DNA from: Candidatus Fermentibacteraceae bacterium
GTDB lineage: Bacteria; Fermentibacterota; Fermentibacteria; Fermentibacterales; JCC-6
Assembly: GCA_041750285.1 (NCBI GenBank)
Contig: JBGSZS010000019.1
Location: 147,590-211,589, forward strand
Direction of reading: 5' to 3'
Length of the DNA: 64,000 nucleotides
The notes beneath the pieces are model-generated. The model did no database searches. It had not been told where the DNA came from and saw nothing but the letters and a program-made list of their open reading frames with translations. Made by a program: the position numbers and the translations under genes. Shown piece by piece: positions 22,042 to 30,652 of this stretch (the first letter of the stretch is position 1; every line of letters starts with the position of its first letter).

Positions 22042-23176
22042 GCGCCACATCCTCCACGTCGACATGGACGCCTACTTCGCGTCCATCGAGCTCATGGGCC
22101 GTGAGGAGCTTCAGGGCAAACCGGTGATAGTGGGGGGCGACCCCGGCTTCCGGTCCGTTGTCACCTCCTGCACATACGAGGCCAGGGCACTGGGGGTTCA
22201 CGCCGGCATGCCAATGGCAAGGGCCCTTCGTCTTGCCCCCGGCGCCGTGGTGCTCCAGGGAAGCTTCGGGCGCTACCAGACCTACACCGAAAGGATACTC
22301 AGGGTCCTTCTGGGTTTCACGCCTTTCGTGCACGCCGCAAGCATCGACGAGGCCTTCATGGATGTCACCGGGCTTCCCGGAGGGATCGAAGACAAGGGGC
22401 GCGAGGTTCAGAAGGCCGTTTACAGTGCCGTGGGGCTCTGGGCCAGCGTGGGGTGCGGCCCCAACAGGCTTCTGGCAAAGATGGCCTCCAAAAGGGCCAA
22501 GCCAAGGGGAGTTGCCCTTCTCGAACCGGACGGCATGCCACCGCTCTCCGTTTCAGCAATATGGGGCGTTGGCCCCGAGACTTCGGCCAGGCTCTGCGCC
22601 CTCGGGGTGGATACCATAGGCAAACTCCGAGACCTCTCCCGCGGGCAGCTGCGGGCTGTCCTGGGCGTTCACGGCGAAGAGCTCTACCTGCAGGCCAGGG
22701 GCCACGACGACAGGCCGGTGCTGCCCTTCGGCCACAGCGACCCCCCGAAATCGATCGGACACGAGCACACCTTCTCCCGGGATGTGCTGACCCCCGACGA
22801 GTACCTTCCGGCCCTTGCCCGGTTATGCCAGAAGACGGCCAGGCGAGCCCGCGATTCCGGTTTCCGCGGGCGCACCCTCACCCTGAAGTACCGCCTCCGC
22901 AACCTCAAGCGCCTTTCTGTCAGAAGGCCCATGCCCTTCGCAAGCAACCAGGACCAGACATTTTTCCGCATCGCCAGGGAGATGGCACTTTCGGCGGTCG
23001 ATTCACCGATCCGCCTCATCGGGGTCTCGATATCCGATCTCGAACCCTCCGACCAGTCGCAGCTCACATTCATGCCCGAGGGCACCGAAGCACTGAACCT
23101 CGCCGCCGACCTGGTCCGCAACCGTTACGGCGAAAGGGTCATCTCCAGCGCCAGGGCCCTATATTCTCCCCTGTAG
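22019..23176 (+). CDS. dinB: DNA polymerase IV (Y family)
   Basis: ILHVDMDAYFASIE, YEARALGV.AGM, SIDEAF, LLAKMAS..AKPRG, WGVG, KSIGHEHTF, IRLIGV; catalytic acidic residues intact. Confidence 0.95.
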   Translation: MHTPPAPERHILHVDMDAYFASIELMGREELQGKPVIVGGDPGFRSVVTSCTYEARALGVHAGMPMARALRLAPGAVVLQGSFGRYQTYTERILRVLLGFTPFVHAASIDEAFMDVTGLPGGIEDKGREVQKAVYSAVGLWASVGCGPNRLLAKMASKRAKPRGVALLEPDGMPPLSVSAIWGVGPETSARLCALGVDTIGKLRDLSRGQLRAVLGVHGEELYLQARGHDDRPVLPFGHSDPPKSIGHEHTFSRDVLTPDEYLPALARLCQKTARRARDSGFRGRTLTLKYRLRNLKRLSVRRPMPFASNQDQTFFRIAREMALSAVDSPIRLIGVSISDLEPSDQSQLTFMPEGTEALNLAADLVRNRYGERVISSARALYSPL

Positions 23177-23189
23177 GAGGGGCCGCCCG

Positions 23190-23996
23190 ATGGATCTTTT
23201 TGAACAGGCCGACATCAGATGCGGGAGCGTCAGGCTGGGGACCTCGGGCTTCTCATTCCCGGACTGGTCAGGTGTGTTCTACCCCAAGGGGCTTTCCCGC
23301 AAAGGCTGGCTTTCATTCTACGCCGGAAGGTTCAACGCGCTGGAGCTCAACGCCAGCTACTACCGGATACTTCCGCCTTCAGCAACGGCCGCAATGGCCG
23401 ATTCGGTGCCTCCGGGCTTCGTCTTCTGCGTGAAGCTCAATTCCGCCATGACCCACGAAAGGAACGCCGGCGATGCCCAGTGGAAGGCGTTCGATGAGAT
23501 GATCGCCCCCCTTGGGGCCGCGGGCTGCCTCGGCCCGGTCCTGGCGCAGTTTCCCTGGGCACTTCCCCTTTCCGAAAACAGCTTTCAAACACTTGCAGGG
23601 ATCAGGGAGAGGCTCGGCGACCTTCCGGCGGTGGCCGAATTCCGCCACGAACGCTGGTACTCCCGCGATGCCCTTCAGCGTGTCGTGGAGACGGGTTTTT
23701 CACCGGTGGCGGTTGACCTGCCCGACCTTCCCGGGCTTCCCAGCCCCGACCTGACCGTGAAAGGACCGATTCACTACGCCAGGCTTCACGGGCGGAACGG
23801 CGGGAAATGGTGGGGAGGGGGTGCCCTGCGGTACGATTACGCCTACACCCCGGCGGAACTGCTGGAGTGGGGGAAGAGAATCAGGGCAATGGCAGGGGGA
23901 GGAAGGGGCGCTTATGTTTTCTTCAACAACTGCCACATGGGCCGGGCCGCCCTTGATGCCCGGACCATGGGAAGGATACTCGAGGAGCTGCAATGA
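23190..23996 (+). CDS. DUF72 (YecE-like) protein
   Basis: GTSGFSFPDW.GVFYP, ELNASYY, TH, LAQFP, EFRH, RLHGRN, RYDYAY, YVFFNN. Confidence 0.93.
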   Translation: MDLFEQADIRCGSVRLGTSGFSFPDWSGVFYPKGLSRKGWLSFYAGRFNALELNASYYRILPPSATAAMADSVPPGFVFCVKLNSAMTHERNAGDAQWKAFDEMIAPLGAAGCLGPVLAQFPWALPLSENSFQTLAGIRERLGDLPAVAEFRHERWYSRDALQRVVETGFSPVAVDLPDLPGLPSPDLTVKGPIHYARLHGRNGGKWWGGGALRYDYAYTPAELLEWGKRIRAMAGGGRGAYVFFNNCHMGRAALDARTMGRILEELQ

Positions 23997-24937
23997 AAAG
24001 GCTTTTCCCCATTTCAGCCGGGCTTGCGGTCCTTGCCGGCTGCGGTACAACGTCGCCGTCGTTCGTCATCGATTTTCCGCTGAATTACCTCATGGATGTG
24101 GATGCGGGTGAGTCGGTCTCCCATTGCTGTTTTCTGGGGGGATCGGGAGACGCCCTGGCAGCTGCGGGCGAAGCGCTGTACTTCCTCGACCGCGAGGCCG
24201 GGTATGTGAGGGCCCAGGTCGATCTCGGGGCGTCGGTGTCGCACATCGCCTCCAGTCCCGACGGCGGCTACGGTCTGGCCCTCACGGGTTCGGTCCTGCG
24301 CATCGTAAGCAACGACACCTACGTACAGAAAACCCCGGTTGACCTGCCCTCCCATGGCGCCTTCATCCTTCCCAAACCACAGTCCACACAGATTGCCGTT
24401 CTCTGTTCGGACGGAACCGCACTCAAGTTGAGCACAGCGACATGGGAGATTACCGGCCAGGCCTCGACGGGTGTCCACAACCCCACGGCCGCGGCAGTAA
24501 GCTCCGACGGCCGCTACATATTCGCCGCCGACGGCCAGGGAAGGGTTTACAGGGTATCGCTCGTGGATCTTTCAGCAGAGATGAAGTTCGAGGCACCCGG
24601 AACGGTGACCGACATCTGGCCCGGCCCCGGTCAGGAGCTTTTCATGACCGTTCAGGACGTGTCGCAGGTGTGGGTGATTGATGTCGACACGGGTCTTCAT
24701 TCCGGCAGCTTCGACATCCCCGCCCCCGGGGTCTCGGTGTGCGCCACCGGCGACGGGATGTACGTTTACGCAGCCGTCACGGGTTATGGGATTGTGGTCG
24801 TCAACACGCTGGAGAACATCATCGAAGCCCAGGCCGGAGCCTATGGGGTTCCCGTCGACATGGCCGTGAACACGGCCTCGACCAGGGCGGTCATAGCGTG
24901 CCCCGACACCGGAAAGCTCTTCATGCTTCAGCGATAG
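23993..24937 (+). CDS. YncE/YVTN-like beta-propeller lipoprotein
   Basis: Lipobox LAG-C; SPDGGY, SSDGRYIFAA and GDGMYVYAA blade motifs. Confidence 0.75.
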   Translation: MKRLFPISAGLAVLAGCGTTSPSFVIDFPLNYLMDVDAGESVSHCCFLGGSGDALAAAGEALYFLDREAGYVRAQVDLGASVSHIASSPDGGYGLALTGSVLRIVSNDTYVQKTPVDLPSHGAFILPKPQSTQIAVLCSDGTALKLSTATWEITGQASTGVHNPTAAAVSSDGRYIFAADGQGRVYRVSLVDLSAEMKFEAPGTVTDIWPGPGQELFMTVQDVSQVWVIDVDTGLHSGSFDIPAPGVSVCATGDGMYVYAAVTGYGIVVVNTLENIIEAQAGAYGVPVDMAVNTASTRAVIACPDTGKLFMLQR

Positions 24938-25785
24938 GACCCGAAACTGCTGTAGGCGTTCCAGAGCCAGTTCCCGAAAAAGAGTGCGACAGCCCCCCCG
25001 ACCGCCATGAACGGGCCGAAGGGGATGGGTCTTGTCCTTCTGCCCCCCCTTATCAGAACGGCCACTCCGTAAAGGGCTCCGGTCAGGAAGGACAAAAAAA
25101 GCCCGGCGACTGCTGAACCCGGGCCAAGAAAGGCCCCAAGGCATGCCGCCAGTTTTACGTCGCCCCAGCCCAGACCGGACTGGAAATCCTCCTCCTCTTC
25201 CTCGAAACCCTCGGGGGCTTCGACCCTGACGTTCCTGGACCTCAGGTACGCCACGGAGAACGCCCTGATGAGAAGAAAGAAAAGAAAAGCTCCCCCGGCC
25301 GCGAGAAGGGCGGGAACGAAGCCCGGCGCTCCGGGCAGGAACGACAGCCCCAGGCCGGCAACGGTTCCCCCGACAGACACCGAATCGAGGATAAGGAAGT
25401 GCTCGAGGTCGGTTCTCAGCGCAACGACCATCAGGGAGAGGAAAACGGCGTGGTGGAGGAAAAGGGGGGACATTCCCGTCCTCAGGCCGGCCGCCAGGAA
25501 GAGCAGCCCTGTCGAAAGCTCCACCACGGGGTAGAGAACCGATATCGGAGCCCCGCATGAACGGCACCTGCCCCGAAGGATGATCCAGCCGAGCACGGGA
25601 ACATTGTCCCGCGGGGAGATGGGGGTACCGCATGACGGGCAGGCGCTTCCCGGCCTTACGATGGACTTTCCAAGCGGGACCCTCCATGCCACAACGTTCA
25701 GGAAACTGCCCACTGCGAGGCCGAACATGCCTGCGAACAGAAGGAAAACCGGTGTGAATGAATCAGTCAACAATATGTCTCCCAT
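24928..25785 (-). CDS. pilD: Type IV prepilin peptidase/N-methyltransferase (A24A)
   Basis: GSFLNVVAWRVP, SACPSCG...DNVPVLGW..LRGRCRSC, YPVVE, GWGDVKL, IPFGPF. Start at ATG 25785 or a nearby TTG. Confidence 0.92.
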   Translation of the reverse strand: MGDILLTDSFTPVFLLFAGMFGLAVGSFLNVVAWRVPLGKSIVRPGSACPSCGTPISPRDNVPVLGWIILRGRCRSCGAPISVLYPVVELSTGLLFLAAGLRTGMSPLFLHHAVFLSLMVVALRTDLEHFLILDSVSVGGTVAGLGLSFLPGAPGFVPALLAAGGAFLFFLLIRAFSVAYLRSRNVRVEAPEGFEEEEEDFQSGLGWGDVKLAACLGAFLGPGSAVAGLFLSFLTGALYGVAVLIRGGRRTRPIPFGPFMAVGGAVALFFGNWLWNAYSSFGSYR

Positions 25786-25804
25786 TGGAATGAGCGTATT
25801 CGAC

Positions 25805-25834
25805 TTGCAGATGCCGGATCGAACCGTATATAAT
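25805..25834 (+). promoter_or_regulatory. Putative strong sigma70 promoter of the porin gene
   Basis: TTGCAG-N18-TATAAT. Confidence 0.55.
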
Positions 25835-25890
25835 CCCGACGTTCCTTCGCCGGAAGACCGGCAATCAACGCAAAGAAGGGGTTTAAAAGA

Positions 25891-26952
25891 ATGAAGACAC
25901 TCGTTGTCGTTATGCTTCTCAGTGCGCTGGCCTTCGCTGCCGGCGAGTTCTCCACCGGGGGCTCCGAGCTCCTCAAGTTCAAGGGAACCGGCAGCTTCAG
26001 GTGGGATTTCTACGGGGAAGAGGGCGCCGACCCGGGCAACAACATGAGCTCCTGCGCCATCATCGACTGGCTTCCCAGGCTCAACGACTACGTCGACGGC
26101 CAGTTCAGCATCGAGCTCTACAGCAACAGCGGCAACATCAAGCTCACCGACCTTTTCCTCAACCTCCACCTCACCGAAGACATCGCCCTTCGCGGCGGCC
26201 AGTTCAAGGTTCCCTTCGGCTACGCCAACACTCTCTCCAGCAGCACAATGCCCTTCGGCAGCAGGGCCATGGTCGTGGGCGAGGACTCCTTCAAGGTCTA
26301 CGGCGGCCGTGACATCGGCGCATGCCTCATGGCCGGCTTCGACATGATCAACATCGACCTTGCCTTCACCAACGGCACCGGCGACAACACCATGGCCGAC
26401 ACCACCATCAGCAACCAGTTCACCGCCAGGGTCGTTGCAGACGCCGCGGAATGGCTCAAGATCGGCGCTTCCGTTGCAATGGTGGGCCAGCCCGAGATCG
26501 TTATCGTTGAAGACACCACCACCATCGACAGCTGGAGCAGCATGGGCATCGATGCCTACGCGGCGGTCGACTACCCCGTCACCGAAACAGTCGACCTCCA
26601 CTTCGCCGGCGAGTTCATGCAGCTCGGTTACGCCGGTGTCGAGATCGAGGGCCTCGACCAGATCGACGGCAGCGCGATGCTCTTCACGCTTGCCGCAAAC
26701 TTCGAGACCGGCGCCGAGTTCGTGCAGGCCGTGCGTCCCGCCGTCCGCTACGAGACCTTCAGCCCCATGACCTACACCATCGAGGGCGAGGACGAAGCCG
26801 AAGACAACAAGACCGCCATCGACTTCTGCGTGAACCTCGACCTCTTCAGCGCCGCCAACACCCTTCAGCTCGGCGCCCGCAACTACGGCTTCGAGGATGA
26901 GAACATCGACGGTTACACCGACATCTACGCCAACTGGAGAATGAACTTCTAG
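25891..26952 (+). CDS. Outer-membrane porin (OprO/OprP-like), probably highly expressed
   Basis: Signal peptide AFA; GQFKVPFG, GRDIG, NGTG, PAVRYE; C-terminal aromatic W-R-M-N-F; very strong bias to C-ending codons. Confidence 0.85.
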   Translation: MKTLVVVMLLSALAFAAGEFSTGGSELLKFKGTGSFRWDFYGEEGADPGNNMSSCAIIDWLPRLNDYVDGQFSIELYSNSGNIKLTDLFLNLHLTEDIALRGGQFKVPFGYANTLSSSTMPFGSRAMVVGEDSFKVYGGRDIGACLMAGFDMINIDLAFTNGTGDNTMADTTISNQFTARVVADAAEWLKIGASVAMVGQPEIVIVEDTTTIDSWSSMGIDAYAAVDYPVTETVDLHFAGEFMQLGYAGVEIEGLDQIDGSAMLFTLAANFETGAEFVQAVRPAVRYETFSPMTYTIEGEDEAEDNKTAIDFCVNLDLFSAANTLQLGARNYGFEDENIDGYTDIYANWRMNF

Positions 26953-26970
26953 TTCGGCCCGATCCCACAG

Positions 26971-27002
26971 GGGGGCGCCTTCCGGCGCCCCCTTCATTTT
27001 TT
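26971..27002 (+). terminator. Rho-independent terminator after the porin gene
   Basis: GGGGGCGCC-TTCC-GGCGCCCCC followed by TTCATTTTTT. Confidence 0.85.
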
Positions 27003-27027
27003 CAGCAGCACATTGTTTCGCTTTTAG

Positions 27028-28575
27028 CTATCGGGCAAGAACGACTCTGAGTGGCGCCTGCAAAGGCTCATCAGGGAAGACGATCGTATACAGTCCGTTT
27101 GGCATTGACTGCATGTTAAGCTGGAACCGCTCGCCACCCCGCAGGCATCCGCCTGTCACTGCTCTGCCGGATACGTCGAAGACCAGGAACCCTGCATCTT
27201 CCCCCGGCAGGTTTCGATAGATTGACAGGGAACCGGAACATGGGTTGGGGTACACACTGATACTGCCGATAGGGCGCGCCGGGTCTTCAATACCGGTTGG
27301 CCCCAGCGGTTCAGCAAGGGTTGCAATAAGACCCACTGAGGCGCGAACCATGTCGGTACCATAAGGAAAGCTGGGCATGTAGTTTGCTAAAATATCACTG
27401 GACTGGTGATAGTACGGATTGTATCCACCCCAGATCTCTTCAGCGCTGCCCTCTGCGATCTCGGTTGCAGTGTAGCCGTACTGCCAGAACGAAGCATGGT
27501 CGCTGGGCGCGCCGGGATCATAGACAACCCGTGGGTGGATCGAAGGTGCATGTTCTTCAAACATCTGACCGGCCAGTAGGGCAAACGCCTGGGACTGGAT
27601 ATTGTATGGAATGTAGACGGAATCTTCCGGATTGGGCGCGTAAAGGATCATGTCGAGGTTCGCCGCGCCCAGGATATTGTCACCCTGCTGATATGCCTGA
27701 AGGACATAGTATTCGCTGCCAACCATCCAGGCTTCCTCGGCGGCGAAGAGAACGAATCTGATGGTGTTTCTGAACGAATAGGGAGCCATGATCCTGGCTG
27801 CCTCCAGCACGGCGGCGCTGCCGCTTGCATTGTCATCAGCTCCCGGCGCCACTTCCGGATTGCTCGAGTAGGAATCCAGGTGGCCACAGATGATGTAGAT
27901 CTGATCAGGGTTCTCGACGCCGACGATCTCCCCCACAACATTGCTCATCGAATCACCGTTGTATTCAAAGGTCTGCAATTCGCACTGAACGCCGTAGGAC
28001 TCCATCATCGTGTCTGCCCAATCGGCGCACGCATCGTACTCGGGGCTGGAGAGATACCTGGTTCCATAGCCCTGCATGTGCTCGACAAGCGCTGTAATGT
28101 TGTCCTGGCTTACGGCATCCACGATCTGCCCGACCATGACGCTGTCAGCCCGGGACCTGTTCACGGTTTCCATCCCGTTCCGTCTGTGGAGCGGCCGCAG
28201 GGGCCTGAGAAAGCCGATACCGGGTATCATGACCGGCCCCGGGGTCGGTTCCAAAAGACGGATGAGAGTGAATCTCTCTGTTACCAGCACCGGGTCGCCA
28301 GGAAGACGTGGCATGTTTCCCCGGTACTGTGCGTTATAGATAACCCTGAAACGGTCGAGATCAACGGGGTGAGGCTCAACTACGACGCAATCAATCCCGT
28401 CCGGAGCAGCACCCCCGGTAAGGGCAAGAAAGCAGTCGGTTTCCGCAAGGACCACTGTCAGACCAGCCATCCAGGGCATTGCTTCAACCGTTCGCAGGTC
28501 GCTACCAATGAATACAAGGCTCTCATGCCCTGAAAGATGAAACGAACTCAATAATATAATCAGTATGCCTGACAA
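27028..28575 (-). CDS. M28 family aminopeptidase with a T9SS-like C-terminal domain
   Basis: GHLDS, PGADDNASG, FAAEE, NLDM, SDHASF, YH; C-terminal VYPNP..FDVSGR..GLY. TTG start with a GGAGG RBS. Confidence 0.9.
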   Translation of the reverse strand: MSGILIILLSSFHLSGHESLVFIGSDLRTVEAMPWMAGLTVVLAETDCFLALTGGAAPDGIDCVVVEPHPVDLDRFRVIYNAQYRGNMPRLPGDPVLVTERFTLIRLLEPTPGPVMIPGIGFLRPLRPLHRRNGMETVNRSRADSVMVGQIVDAVSQDNITALVEHMQGYGTRYLSSPEYDACADWADTMMESYGVQCELQTFEYNGDSMSNVVGEIVGVENPDQIYIICGHLDSYSSNPEVAPGADDNASGSAAVLEAARIMAPYSFRNTIRFVLFAAEEAWMVGSEYYVLQAYQQGDNILGAANLDMILYAPNPEDSVYIPYNIQSQAFALLAGQMFEEHAPSIHPRVVYDPGAPSDHASFWQYGYTATEIAEGSAEEIWGGYNPYYHQSSDILANYMPSFPYGTDMVRASVGLIATLAEPLGPTGIEDPARPIGSISVYPNPCSGSLSIYRNLPGEDAGFLVFDVSGRAVTGGCLRGGERFQLNMQSMPNGLYTIVFPDEPLQAPLRVVLAR

Positions 28576-28691
28576 ATTAACAACCTCCTGTCATTCAAGC
28601 CATTGTTGAAACACACCAAGCACTTCAGCCAATCTCTATCATGATGCGAAGTCAAAAGTTTCGGGAGCGCGGGCGTTTTCAACACCCGTCT

Positions 28692-29297
28692 CTATTGGAA
28701 CAGGACCTTGATTCCCCCCCACGAGTTCCGTTCGAGCGCCACGATGTCGCTGAGTATCATGAACAGTTCGTATGGCGTGCCCCATGTGTTTGTGGAGGAG
28801 GTCCAGGTGGCTCCGTCATCGGAGCTGAAGTAGCACTGGTCCGCCCAGCACTGGTTGGCGCAGAGGCAGTAGGAGGTGTAGACGCCTTCGGTTTGAAGGC
28901 AAACCCAGTATTTCGTGCCGGCATTGGCTGTGAAGGTTACCCCGGGGGATATCTCGGTGTACCAGAGAGAATAGCCCCATGAGAAGAGGCCGGTGTTGAT
29001 ATGGGAGACTTCTGATGTGGTTAAATCCGTGAGGATCGAACCGGGTCCGGAAGCATCGGAACGCATCTGGATCCTTATGTTCGTGGGGTTGCCCCCGCTG
29101 TAGATGGCCCATATCTCGTAGCAGTTGATGTTGCCCTGATCGACCGGCGTGAAGTCTTCAGCCAGCATCCAGCCGTTGTTCCCTCCGAAACCCAGCCCCT
29201 GGGCGAGATTGACGTACAGGAAGGGCTGGGAACAGATCACATCGCAGTAATCCGGAGAGAGAAGGCCAGACAAAAGAACAAAAGCGAGAGCTGTCAT
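28692..29297 (-). CDS. Hypothetical exported protein with a C-terminal SWGGIKVLF tail
   Basis: Hydrophobic N-terminus from ATG 29297; AEDF motif, GTKYWV; ends ALERNSWGGIKVLFQ. Confidence 0.75.
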   Translation of the reverse strand: MTALAFVLLSGLLSPDYCDVICSQPFLYVNLAQGLGFGGNNGWMLAEDFTPVDQGNINCYEIWAIYSGGNPTNIRIQMRSDASGPGSILTDLTTSEVSHINTGLFSWGYSLWYTEISPGVTFTANAGTKYWVCLQTEGVYTSYCLCANQCWADQCYFSSDDGATWTSSTNTWGTPYELFMILSDIVALERNSWGGIKVLFQ

Positions 29298-29506
29298 CGC
29301 TGCGACCCCTTTCCCGTTCAGAAAGAAAGCAACCCGTTTCAATATATAATATCGACCAGCCATGACAAGATAGATATATAGTAGTATATCAAGATAAATA
29401 GTATATGTATATACCGGGGTAAGAAAAGACCTCCCCTTTCCCTGCCCGAGCTTCATCTTCATAATTCGACAAAGGGCTATCCCGGAAGAGAAGAAGGGGG
29501 ATTTTC

Positions 29507-30643
29507 GTGCAAGAGGACATCGCTAGGGAAGAACAGCAGGATGTGAACGCCGAACAGACCGGTTCGGTCGGGCAGGCACCCGCCGGAGGGGAACGCAGGT
29601 CGGCCTTTCACGAGAAGGAGATAAGCTGCTCCAACTGCGGGGCGCCGCTTTCCTACATGGAGGGGGAAGCCCTCATCACCTGTTCCTACTGCGGAACAAC
29701 GACCATGCTCGCGGGGCTGGACAACATCATCACGGTGGAGTCGCACTACATGCTGACCCCCGAACTGAACTCGGGCGCAGCCGGCACGGCCCTTCGCAAG
29801 TGGATGCAGAAGGGGTTCCACAAGCCCAAGGACCTGCCCGCCGCTGCAAGCATCGGCGACACCAAACCCCTTGTACTTCCCTATTGGATCGTTACCGCCA
29901 GGGCGACCACGAACTGGCGGGGCAAGGACAAGAAGACCCGTACGATCGGAACCGGCGACAACAAGAAGACCGAGACCTACTGGGAGCCCGTAAGCGGCCG
30001 GTTCAACGAGGACTTCACATGGCCGGTGTACGCCAGGGAGAAGACCACCGAGTTCTGGGGGATAGATATGCTCGAACCCGGGAAGACCAGCATCCATCCG
30101 GACTGGGGCAGATTCTTCCTGAAGCTCGGCGGCAGCTCCACTGCGCCAAACCGTAACCTTCTGGAAGGAACCGTGGGGTTCTCAATCGAAAAGATCCGCG
30201 ATTCAGGCATGGAGAAGAACCTCGTGAACGGCCAGATCACCCAGGAAAGGGCCGAAGCGAACGCGAGGAGCCGCATCGTGAACCACCACGCAAAACAGGC
30301 TGAAAGCAAGGCCACAACGATCACCGACTGCGACACGGCGGTCGAGGTGGAGAAGGTCGACCTCGTCTACCTTCCGCTCTGGCTCATGGAGTACAGCTAT
30401 GCAGGCAAGCGGTTCAAAGCCCTCGTGAACGCCTCGGGAGGCGAGGTGATGGCGGCCGAGTACCCCGTCGGCAAGCTTGCCCGAATCATCAATTTCGACA
30501 TCCTGTTCCTGATCATCGCAGCTGTGTTCGCATTCATGGGAAGCGGCGGTCAGACTTCCTGGGCGTGGGTTGCGGCGGGTGTTTTCGGGGGCTCGGCAGT
30601 TCTCTACACAGTCCTTCGAAGCATCAATCCGCTGAGGCTTTAG
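29507..30643 (+). CDS. Zinc-ribbon-containing membrane protein
   Basis: CSNCGAPL...CSYCG; LPYW, YLPLWLMEYSY...VNASGG; two C-terminal TM helices. Confidence 0.8.
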   Translation: MQEDIAREEQQDVNAEQTGSVGQAPAGGERRSAFHEKEISCSNCGAPLSYMEGEALITCSYCGTTTMLAGLDNIITVESHYMLTPELNSGAAGTALRKWMQKGFHKPKDLPAAASIGDTKPLVLPYWIVTARATTNWRGKDKKTRTIGTGDNKKTETYWEPVSGRFNEDFTWPVYAREKTTEFWGIDMLEPGKTSIHPDWGRFFLKLGGSSTAPNRNLLEGTVGFSIEKIRDSGMEKNLVNGQITQERAEANARSRIVNHHAKQAESKATTITDCDTAVEVEKVDLVYLPLWLMEYSYAGKRFKALVNASGGEVMAAEYPVGKLARIINFDILFLIIAAVFAFMGSGGQTSWAWVAAGVFGGSAVLYTVLRSINPLRL

Positions 30644-30652
30644 GAGATCTCC

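Noticed and set aside
24928..26997. 689-aa minus-strand ORF
   Set aside because: An artefact: the real pilD (ending at 24928) joined to the antisense frame of the porin, which stays open because of the porin's strong codon bias.
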